IMG/VR virus record: IMGVR_UViG_2906128962_000004
Span: 25,940 to 89,939 of that record
Reading direction: 5' to 3' (one strand)
Source: a virus
Taxonomy: Duplodnaviria; Caudoviricetes
Length of the DNA: 64,000 nucleotides
The position numbers were made by a program, and so were the translations under genes. The notes beneath the pieces are model-generated. The model ran no database searches, had not been told where the DNA came from, and worked only from the letters and a program-made list of their open reading frames with translations. Below are positions 37,848 through 47,300 of this stretch, piece after piece. Position 1 is the stretch's first letter; each line of letters opens with the position of its first letter.

Positions 37848-38471
37848 TTACTTCTGAGTGCGGCCATCATTGTCAGACAGTGGGTTTTCACTCAACTCTT
37901 TGGATTTCATGATCAACGTCACTACCGCTCGAGCGGTTGGCTTCAATTCTACGGGAATACCTCCAAATCGTTTGTTAAGTACGGCTAACTCGCCGCGGCT
38001 TATTAGCTGCAGGTTCTCTGGCTCACAATTTAGTGGATCGTTATCTTTGAAAGTAACGCAATGACCAGTTGCCAGTTTGCCGTTATGTTTTTCCCAGACA
38101 ACACGCTGTTTCAGTTGCCATTTATTGGGCTCGGCCACTTTGATTTCTATGTACCCATCGCGATTGATTCGCTCAGCACCAACTGGACGGCTGTTAATCG
38201 CCGTTTGCCCCTTCTTAAAAGAGCCAGAATTTGCTTTCATCACTCCTTTAGTACCAGCGTTGGCCGGTACATGCCCCTTCTGAAATTGACCGGTTCTACC
38301 CGTTTTCAACCCCAACCTTTTGCGGAATGCATGCAGTTCTTTCGGAGTTCTGGCAGTACCAAAACGATTGTTGAACGCTATGGCCAGATTGCCCGCCGGT
38401 AGCATGTAATTAACCTTCATCCATGCGCACATCGCTGGTGTATGGACAAACTTCATTTCGATTCCAGCCAT
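37848..38471 (-). CDS. HNH_3-family endonuclease-like protein
   Basis: GQFQKGH/GSFKKGQ repeats, GYIEIKV, RVVWE, VTFKDNDPLNCEPENL. Confidence 0.75.
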   Translation of the reverse strand: MAGIEMKFVHTPAMCAWMKVNYMLPAGNLAIAFNNRFGTARTPKELHAFRKRLGLKTGRTGQFQKGHVPANAGTKGVMKANSGSFKKGQTAINSRPVGAERINRDGYIEIKVAEPNKWQLKQRVVWEKHNGKLATGHCVTFKDNDPLNCEPENLQLISRGELAVLNKRFGGIPVELKPTARAVVTLIMKSKELSENPLSDNDGRTQK

Positions 38472-38680
38472 TTTTGAACATTTTTAACTCGACCTTCTCC
38501 GAGCGCTTTCTGTACCTCAAGAGCAAGTTTGCCGTTCTGAATGATCTGAGTTGCCACGCTGGTTATTGCCTTCGTGCGATTCAGCTCCAGCTGTAGTTTC
38601 TCTTCTTTCAAATCCTCTTCGCCTAAGCGCTCAATTTGGGCAAAGAGATGATTATTAAGGTCCTCAAGTGAGTTCTTCAT
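38453..38680 (-). CDS. Small phage protein upstream of HNH gene
   Basis: MKNSLEDLNNHLFAQIERL. Confidence 0.65.
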   Translation of the reverse strand: MKNSLEDLNNHLFAQIERLGEEDLKEEKLQLELNRTKAITSVATQIIQNGKLALEVQKALGEGRVKNVQKWLESK

Positions 38681-39060
38681 GGCTTTACTCCGCTCAACAT
38701 AGTGGCACGACAAACATCCCATATCTCCTGCGCACCTATATCACCAACCTCATAGCCATCGCATAAGTCGATTATTTCATCACGTAGGGTTTCAGGGACC
38801 TGCTCTGGCAGTACGGAAAGTGGCGGGACCGCGTAGAGGTCATGTGCCCCATCAGGTAATGAGTGTTCTGCATACTCACCGAATCCATCAATGCACATAG
38901 AGCCATCTTCAACGATACAGGAAGCCACCGGCCGCGAGTTAAGTGATGCCAGCGCAAAACGAGCCAGCTCACGAATTTCATCACCACCAATATCATCAAT
39001 TTCATCCCTGCTTGAGATTTGCATTAACCACTGCAGCCGCTCTTTAGCGATACTGATCAT
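38677..39060 (-). CDS. EaA-like hypothetical protein
   Basis: ELARFALASL...LYAVPP. Confidence 0.55.
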   Translation of the reverse strand: MISIAKERLQWLMQISSRDEIDDIGGDEIRELARFALASLNSRPVASCIVEDGSMCIDGFGEYAEHSLPDGAHDLYAVPPLSVLPEQVPETLRDEIIDLCDGYEVGDIGAQEIWDVCRATMLSGVKP

Positions 39061-39311
39061 TTGCTCTTCTCCCGTTCGTTCAGAATGTTAAGGCACTTGG
39101 GGCAATTAATCTCAACATGCTCTTTCATCTGATACCAACCAGCCCGGTTCATACTGCTATAGCGGTCCTGGCGAGGTTTATCACCGCAAAGAGCACCAGA
39201 CGATGGCGCGTGGCCATCTTCGGTCAACTCCATAACATGGACGATTGAACCACCTTTACGGCGCGCGCGTATTTCCCTGCCGATCAGTTGAGTTTTCGAA
39301 ATAGTTTTCAT
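39057..39311 (-). CDS. Hypothetical protein (possible Zn ligands)
   Basis: VH...ALCG...NCPKC. Confidence 0.55.
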   Translation of the reverse strand: MKTISKTQLIGREIRARRKGGSIVHVMELTEDGHAPSSGALCGDKPRQDRYSSMNRAGWYQMKEHVEINCPKCLNILNEREKSK

Positions 39312-39462
39312 GGGTTAGTCCAGCCATTTGATTTGTTGGCTACGGCTCAATGAGCCGTAGTGAAACTTGGGAGTACCGGTATAGGTTCGTGTATAACGCT
39401 TTCCTAAAAGACGGCAAAGTTGCCTCCACTCTTTCCAGAATTGCTTCATGTTCACCATGTCA

Positions 39463-40002
39463 CTATCCCTTTACTCCAATGCCAGCGGCGCTAATTGCGA
39501 CGGAGCAAGCTGAAATTGCCTTGTTCCATACTTCGGTTTCTTCCCAATACTGACTACCCGCGTACTCAGAGGGGCAAAATTTCTCTGCTGGCAAAGTCAC
39601 CTCCCGCGCCTCCAGTTCTGCTATACGCGTTTTCGCCTCGGCGTACGCCTCAAACATAACGTCAAACAGGAGCCCATCCTCTAAACAGGCCTTCAGCTCA
39701 GGCTTGTACCCTACGCAACCATCATTCGGGTCCTGTATGTTATGAATGTAGGTATCCAGCGCGCCCAAATGACGACCAAAGCCACCTCGATCATCCACCA
39801 GCACTTGCCAGGCGCGTAACAGGAATAGCTTTTCCTCCCGTGAAAGCTCTGTATCTGCCAGCGCATCTGCAATACCTGGCACGGTATTGGTACACCAGCG
39901 ATCCTCGACTCGCTGAGCCGCGGAATACAGCTTCCAGAAATATTTCATTTCCTCCGCATCCGGGCGCGCCTGGCGGATCTGTATTACTTTTCCATTACTC
40001 AT
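39463..40002 (-). CDS. Ead/Ea22-like hypothetical protein
   Basis: RIAELEAREVTLP...AAGIGVKG C-terminus. Confidence 0.6.
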   Translation of the reverse strand: MSNGKVIQIRQARPDAEEMKYFWKLYSAAQRVEDRWCTNTVPGIADALADTELSREEKLFLLRAWQVLVDDRGGFGRHLGALDTYIHNIQDPNDGCVGYKPELKACLEDGLLFDVMFEAYAEAKTRIAELEAREVTLPAEKFCPSEYAGSQYWEETEVWNKAISACSVAISAAGIGVKG

Positions 40003-40253
40003 TCATCTTTCCCCTGCTGTTTGCTAAGGAGCGCAATGTCGTAGATGTTCTGTTGAGCCAGCAACCACAATGGCTCCAGACCACAGAACGGCCCCAACTT
40101 CAGAGCTACATCGGCAGTTAATGACTGTTTTTTGTTAATCAGTCGTGAGATGGTCGCAATATTCACACCCATTTCCCGGGCCGCTGCGGCGCTGGAAATG
40201 TTGCGTTGTTCAATGACCTTTTTCAGGATTTCCCCAGGGTGTAAATTCGACAT
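39999..40253 (-). CDS. Orphan HigA/VapI-family HTH protein
   Basis: HPGEIL...AAREMGVNIATISRLINKKQSLTADVALKLG...WLLAQ. Confidence 0.8.
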   Translation of the reverse strand: MSNLHPGEILKKVIEQRNISSAAAAREMGVNIATISRLINKKQSLTADVALKLGPFCGLEPLWLLAQQNIYDIALLSKQQGKDE

Positions 40254-40265
40254 ATTTTTCTCGTT

Positions 40266-40288
40266 AAAAAAGCGCCACGAGGGCGCTT
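40266..40288 (-). terminator. Terminator after 55-aa ORF
   Basis: AAGCGCC/GGCGCTT plus U-tract. Confidence 0.65.
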
Positions 40289-40296
40289 AATTGTGC

Positions 40297-40464
40297 TCAG
40301 CTGCTGCTGGCCATCTCGAAAATGGCATTCAAAAAATAGGCAGTGGTGAAAACAACAGGGAAGAGATAGGCCACGGTTTTCGCCATAGTGCCTACAGAGT
40401 CTTGAGCGGGTTTATTGGCGCGCTGCGCCTGCGGTTGGGTAACTCGACCAACATAATCGATCAT
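40297..40464 (-). CDS. 55-aa peptide with C-terminal hydrophobic helix (not in ORF track)
   Basis: MIDYVGRVTQPQAQRANKPAQDSVGTMAKTVAYLFPVVFTTAYFLNAIFEMASSS; AGGA RBS. Confidence 0.6.
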   Translation of the reverse strand: MIDYVGRVTQPQAQRANKPAQDSVGTMAKTVAYLFPVVFTTAYFLNAIFEMASSS

Positions 40465-40478
40465 GGTATATTCCTTTT

Positions 40479-40552
40479 GTTGGCTCAGGGGTCTGGTTTG
40501 GCGACTTCGCCCCCTGAGCGACAGAGAGGCTCGCGTATGCGGGCCTTTTTTT
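40479..40552 (+). ncRNA. Candidate cis-antisense sRNA to leader of 55-aa ORF
   Basis: TCGACC-N17-TATATT (40444-40472); nested hairpin GCTCAGGGG..CCCCTGAGC; terminator AGGCTCGC/GCGGGCCT-T tract. Confidence 0.4.
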
Positions 40553-40599
40553 ATGGAGCTTTTGGCTCCCCGTTATTACGCATTGCGTAACACGTAAGG

Positions 40600-40636
40600 A
40601 ATATACCCTGGGAAAAACTTACAGACAATACTAATT
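40600..40636 (-). promoter_or_regulatory. Sigma70 promoter overlapped by C1-type operator
   Basis: TTGTCT-N17-TATATT; operator AATTAGTATTGTCTGTA at 40620-40636. Confidence 0.75.
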
Positions 40637-40891
40637 TTTTGCTTCTTTATACTCATCTGACATGAGGTACTCAGCCGCCTTAGCTATTGCCACCTTCCAT
40701 TCATCAACCCCGAGGTCGCGTATACGCTCGATTGGCTCATTCGTGGCAGGGTTGCGGAGGTATGTCCAACGATCCCCCTTTTTAAGGGTGAAGATGCGCC
40801 ACACCGGATGGTGCTCAACAAATTCACATCCATGTAACTCAGCCTCAGCTTTCAGCCGTCGCAGGTTCATAAAAAGCGGGGTATAAGTCAT
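40631..40891 (-). CDS. Hypothetical protein
   Basis: 86 aa, GGAGG RBS. Confidence 0.6.
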   Translation of the reverse strand: MTYTPLFMNLRRLKAEAELHGCEFVEHHPVWRIFTLKKGDRWTYLRNPATNEPIERIRDLGVDEWKVAIAKAAEYLMSDEYKEAKN

Positions 40892-40907
40892 GCATCCTCC
40901 TTACTGA

Positions 40908-41324
40908 TTATGATCTGTCTGATTCCTGTTCAAGATCATACGAGTAATATTCATACGCTTCATCATCGGTCACCGGCAGCTGGTGGTAAGCAGAATAAAA
41001 CAGACCATCTTCCAGACGCATATTCTGATAAAGCGATGCGGCTACAACGGTTAACGAATCTTCGTCATAACAGTATGTGCTGAGAACATCTTCATCGACT
41101 TCGCCGGTGGAGTCGTACAGCCCGTTCTCAATCAGCAGCGACTTAATCGCTGGCCAGTAAGGCCCATAGCTGCGGTAGTAGTCATGACGGTCATCGATGC
41201 ACTTGGCGATCCCTTTCAAATAGTCGCTAACAAATTGCGTCTCTGTTCTACCTGCTAACGCTCCATCACGGATAGCTGAAAGATAGTCGGTGGTAGGTTT
41301 TTGTGTTTGGTCTAATGAAGCCAT
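40908..41324 (-). CDS. ulx: Ulx (DarB incorporation factor)
   Basis: YRSYGPYWP..KSLLIE and YSAYHQLPV match P1 Ulx; downstream of darB. Confidence 0.85.
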   Translation of the reverse strand: MASLDQTQKPTTDYLSAIRDGALAGRTETQFVSDYLKGIAKCIDDRHDYYRSYGPYWPAIKSLLIENGLYDSTGEVDEDVLSTYCYDEDSLTVVAASLYQNMRLEDGLFYSAYHQLPVTDDEAYEYYSYDLEQESDRS

Positions 41325-41363
41325 AATTTTATTGCCGGTTTTACCCGGCAATCTCCTTTCAGA

Positions 41364-44300
41364 TTAGTATTTTGCCACAACTTCGAGAATTTCGGCCTGA
41401 CCATATTTGATAGGGATAAGCCACCAGCTTCCAGCAAACTCTTCGCCAGCATCCCTCCCGTTATAATAACGAGCCCCAAAATCAGCCTTTAGTTCCTCTT
41501 TAGCGCGGAAAAGAGCCCCTTCTTTTCCTTTCGGGTCCTGCAATCCGTAACAGCCACCAGGGGCAAAATTCAGACCATACTTACCGCGAAGTCGGGTGGT
41601 GTTAACCTGGATACGGAGGCCAAGCTCATCCGCTTCGTTCTCAGTATTCCGTTTTTCCTCCCTACGGGCTTCCTCGTGCTTCTGGTATTCCTCGGTAGAA
41701 ACGCCCAGGCGCTTAGCCTGATAGGTATCGCGAACCCGTTTTTTATCCTCATCCGACATGTTGTAATACAGCTTGTCTGCATCCCGGACCAGCTGACGGG
41801 CATCGTCTTCATGCACCAGCAACTCAGCTGTAACTTTAGACGGATCAAGCAACCCAATAATGACCATGGCCGCACACGCTTCAACAACCCGGAAGTAATC
41901 CTGGCCGTTACCGCCGTATGTGTTCAGGAACGTGCCAGAGCCGTCCAGTACGCTTTGTATTTCACGGTCACCAGGCGCATAACCACTCTTAATTGCTCGG
42001 CTAAATTCCTCATAACGTTCCTGGGCAACACTCGCCACGCCAGTAATCAGCTCTTGCTGTGCCTGTTTTCTTAACCGCGGTTTCTCGGCATCCAGCGCGC
42101 TAATAAAGTCCTGCTTATTAGTGTAGATTGCAGGGATCTCATTGCTCAGCCACGCCAGCCTGTCCAGCTCAACGGAACGAACAAGACCGCTACGAATGTA
42201 TTCATTAACGGAGATGTTAAAATCACGAGAACTACTCCAAAGAGAGAAGCTGGCGACTTTTTTCGCCACCAGCGCGGCGATCTCATCGGCGCTGGCCACC
42301 TCACCAAAACCAGCCATGACAGTCTTGTAATTCTCGCCGTACAACGCCAGCAAAAATCCCTGACATGAATTAGTAAACCGGGCTTGTTGACGTTCCTGAA
42401 TGGCAATAGCCCGTTTGAGCTGTTCGTCGCTGCGGTCCGGGTAAACCAGCTTATGGCCATTCTGCTGGTACCATGCAATCGACTTGGTATCCGAAGAGCC
42501 ATATCCGTAGCCAGCGCTGCGTATATTGAGCGTTTGTTGGGTGTATTCCCCGCCATCATAGGCAACAGAATAATTATCGGTAAGCACCAGCTGACCAGTC
42601 TTAAGGAAGGTATAGAACTGATCTTTACTCAGCAATTCTGCTGCCTTGCGAATGCTCAGGCCTCCTTGTAGCTCACTTAGCACCTCAAGTTCGCTTTTAG
42701 TCACATCACATGGATCACCCAGCAGCTGAACCGGCACATTCTTGGCATCGGGCGCACTGCTTGTGCCATTCGCAGAAAAAATACCGCGAAGGTTGGCCGT
42801 ACGCGCGTCAAAGTCCAAACCGACGATCTTGGCGTAGGAAATAGAGTCGTATTTCCCGCCCCTTGTAGCCGTATTGAAATGAAAGTACTGGCCGACCTTA
42901 TAGGTCTTTCCTTCCACCAGCAGAATCTCTTTGCCGTGGTCAATCACATCAGGATCTACTTTGAGCAATCCCTCTTTGATAGCCTTAAGGACAACCGGGC
43001 GCAGCTGCTTGATGTTCTGCTCGGCTTTAGCCAGGCGGGAGATCTTGCGCTGCTGTTTCATCAATGCAGAACGAGCCGACACATCAGCTTTACTGGCGTC
43101 GTTGAGTTGCTCACGTCTGGTACGCAGCTCGCGCTCAATTGCACGTGGGCGCCAGCTGTCATTACTCTTCATTATGCCAGCGGCTTCACGTTCTTTAATC
43201 GCCTCGCGCTCAGTTAAAAGCTCTTCGATTTCGTTACGGACTGATTCGAGGTGTTTTGATGTCCGCTCAACCTCTCCCTCCAGGTAGGCGATCCTTTGCT
43301 GCTCTTTTTCTAAATCAGAACCACTGGCATGCTGAGCTTTGATGTAGTTCTGAAGGTCAAGGTTCGCACGCTTAGTAGCGCGTTCCAGAACTGCGGCTTT
43401 TGCCTTAGCAACCTGTTCCGCAATACGACGCTCACGCTCTTCTGGGTTGGCCGCCAGCAGCAGCTGCATTTCAACCATGTTTCCGGCATCGGCGTTTTCC
43501 ATCTCTGCTTTGTCGGAAGTGAGGATCTCGCGAATCCAGTCCTTTTTACGTTTCAGCGTCTGCAGGCGGAATTCATCGAACGATCCACGGCCACAGTAGT
43601 AGTGAACCTTAACGGAGTCCTGAGTCGAGCCCACGCGCGCGCCGCGGCCGTTACGCTGGTCGATTGATGCCGGTGTCCAGGGCAAGGTAAGGTGGTGAAT
43701 ATCGGTCGTGCCGATATGTAGGTTAATCCCGACCTCAGCTTTTTTGTTACAGATCAGGATACGTGACCGGCCTTCATTGTAGTCGGCCGCGATTTGCTCC
43801 AACCCGCCAAGGCTAACCTCGTTGATTGCAGCAACGTACTCATCGTATGCGGCTTTCTGTTCGTAATAGGCTTTAACCTGCTCTTCGGTAGGTTCGTCCG
43901 GGAGGTCCTTCGGCTGTTTTACTTTCTTTGGTTTACGGCCTTTCTTACCAGCCTCAGCGACCGTAGTGGCGTTCAGGATACCAACGGCACTGTCATCAAG
44001 CCCCAGATGCGAGCAAATGATGCGTTTGAGCTTACCGTGCTGGCTTTTTTCATCGGTGAAGATGATCTGTTTGCCGTTTTTCAGCCCCTCTTTCAGTCCC
44101 TCGATCAGCGCGCTATATTTCGGCGTGAGCGGGTGCGAGACCTCTTTGGGATCAATATCGAACGTTGAGAGGCGTTTTATTACCTCCTGCTCGTACATCT
44201 CCGGGACCACCAACGTGCAGGTATTACCATCAACATCGACGGTAAAACGGCCCTCAGCATCGTAGTCCTCGTCACTTTCTTCCTTCGCTCCCAGCGAATC

Positions 44301-47300
44301 AGGAAGATCGGCCACCAGCTGCTGTACCTTGTCCACGTCGGCGGCAGGCAGTAAGAAAGTGATCTGATGCCGATACAGGTCCATGTCAGTACAAACACGG
44401 TCCATATCACGAATGATGCCGAAAATGGTGTCCTTCTCTTCGTCGGCATCTTCCGGTTCAGAGTCGAAATCCCCCATTTTGTTATTCTGCGAGAGCTTCT
44501 CAGCGCGCTGGCGCAGGTTCTCGTATTCAATCTCCTGCTCTTCCGACATCGGCGCTTCGACCGTACGTTCATCGAGCTCCGGAATTTTGACCTGCTCGGA
44601 AACATCCTGCGCCGTTTTCAGTGACACCCAGCGATGGAAGATACCGCGCAGCCCTGGGAGGTTTCGGAAGCCAACCAGGCCAAGCTTACTTTCAACCTGA
44701 CCAGACAGTTTCTGGACAAGACACATCTCTTTCTTGCCGAAAACTTTAACGAAATCATCCGGCGTGTAGATCCCCATGCGCTGCCAGTCAGACATACTCA
44801 GGCAGTGGGAGAGCATATTGAACGCATCGATCGGCGAGTTGACCACCGGCGTGGCGGTCAGCAACACCGGCCCGCGGCCATTGTTCTTAGCCATCAGGTA
44901 GGCGTTTTTGACCGCCATATCTCGCGCAGACTGTGAAACGGATGGAACTGGCAGGTAAGCCAACTGGGAGGCCTCACGACCAGCGCTATAGCTGTTACGG
45001 TAGTTATGCCCTTCATCGACGATCACGCTATCGAACTGCATGTCTTCGAAATAAGGGAAGTCGTGTTGTTTCTCGGTACCGGTATCGGAGTGCTCGGACA
45101 ACAGGCGATTTTTCTTCTGCTGTTCTTTGTAGGTCTCGGCAAGGATTTTCACTCGGCCAGCTTCAGCCTGAGCAAATAGAACATCGTGAGCATGGTCGCG
45201 AATGGTTTCTTCGCGCATTGGAATAGCGGCGTATTGCTCTTTCGTCATGACCACAATCGGGTAGTTCGATTGGGGGATCATGTTCATGCGGGCTTTAATG
45301 GTCGCGCTGTCTGAAATCTTCAGCGCATCACGCATTACCGGAGCGCCGTTATCATCAAATTTAGGTTCCCCGTTTTCACCGCGTACCTGCACCTGGCGAA
45401 TGCCACCGGCATCGTCCGGGATAGTCTCCAGGCCAACAAAGAGGATCTTGTTGAACATCTCTTCGCTGTAGAACGACTTGGCCTCGTAGTACCAGTTCTC
45501 ATACACCGCCTTGGGCACAACATAAGCCTGTCGCGTGCTGCGGCCGTTCTCGATGTTGTACAAACCCAGCGCCAGCGCGGTCGTCGTTTTCCCTAAGCCG
45601 GTACCAAACCCCATGATTCCGCGGCCATCTTCTGACAGGCGGCGAATTTCCTGGTTTTGATAGCCAAATGGAGCCCGACGGCCACTGATACCCTTAAGGC
45701 CCAGCGGCGAATCAGATTGTTCGAAGGGGATGAATGAGTTAAAAGCGGCGTTGTACTGATCCACCAGCTTATCGATCTCATCATGCTGGCGAATCCAGTC
45801 ATTGAAACGGCTTTCGAGGTCCTCAATACGCGAGCGATACGCTTCGGTGTTAACGCCTGTTGCTCGGCCACCATTGAGGTATTTCTCCAGCTGCGCGGCA
45901 AAAGGATCGCTACTAGTCCTGCGCGCGTAAGTCGGCACATTTTCGCCGGTTTCTTTGTCCTTTTTCAGGACCGTACCGTAACGATATCCGGCAAACACAC
46001 CATTGTTACCGCGGTACCCAAGCTCAGAGACTAAAGCGCCGTTCTCAACCTTAATTGAATCGACATACGTCAGCTCGTCGTAACCATTTTCACGTAAGAA
46101 CTCCAGCACCAGGCTACGATCAAACCAGCGCGCATCGAGGGTAAACGCGATATCGTCTACGCCGGTCCATTTGCGCTTCGACTTAATCTCTTCCAGCTGG
46201 CGCAGATAGTTATTTTTCTGCGGGCCTTCTTTGATAATCGCCAGCACACCCTGAATCTGCCCGGTGATCAGACCAATATCACCGCTGGTGGCTCGGTCCA
46301 TAGGCATAAGGTCACCGGTTGGCGTTATCGCTATGCCGTCAGTGTTGGCCAGCAGATCAAGCAATTCCTCATCGCTTTCCGGAAGTTCAGCGGTCGACGT
46401 CGCGCGGAACTCCGCCAAGGTGATAGGAATGAGGTCGATCTGGTTAAACAGGCTGCGAACTACCTGCTCATGATTGGTTGTGTCGTATTCACCTGAGACC
46501 TGTGCCTCGATGCTGCCTTGCAATAGGTCAGAAAGCTCGCCGGTGCTGGTAATCGCCGCCCGATATTTCAGCCAATCCCCGCTATTGTTGCCGGAGATCT
46601 TGCTTATCTTGCCGGTGTTCGGATCACCAAAGCGCTTGTATTCCTCATCCACCAGCTTCGCGGCACTGGTGCGCAGGCTGTCTACATAGTCACCTGGCAT
46701 TTTGTTGGCGATAGCGTCCTGCAGCACGCCGATCTGCGCGCCAATGAGTGCGCCTCGGAAAAGCCGTTCCTGTAGATCGCCGCGCTGTGTTAGCGCATAG
46801 GAATAGGCTTTACGCGTTGACTCGCTCATGCTTTCCCAGTAGTTACCGGCCAGCGCCTGGACCTGCTTCCAGTCACGAGCCAGCAATGCGCTGGGGTTAT
46901 CCAGTACAACCTTAATTTCATCGAGAGAAGAAACGCCGTAAATTGCCGGGTCGACTTTGAGTGTGCTGGTGGGCACGCTGATAACCCATTGCCCGTTGAT
47001 AAACTCGTACCACTGGCCATTCATCAGGCGTTTATCACCTTCTCTGGCGCTCTGATTGACAGGCTCCGGCACGCTGAGCAAATCCCAGTTGATACGGCTA
47101 TCGAAGCGGCGGGCTAACTTCTCTTTAAGGGCGCTCGGGGTGATTTGATCGTTTTTAATGACGATGCGGCCCTGGAAGCCGGTACTGACCTCACCATAAA
47201 CGAAACGCTTTCCGTCATGCTCAAACCATTTGCCGGTGATGAACTCTGGCCACAGCACATTTGCTTCGACCAATAGCTCTTCTTTAGCCTGGAGGATCAT

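Noticed and set aside
39315-39458. 47-aa ORF MVNMKQFWKEW... between early genes
   Set aside because: Plausible filler gene but no supporting motif; not listed as a feature.
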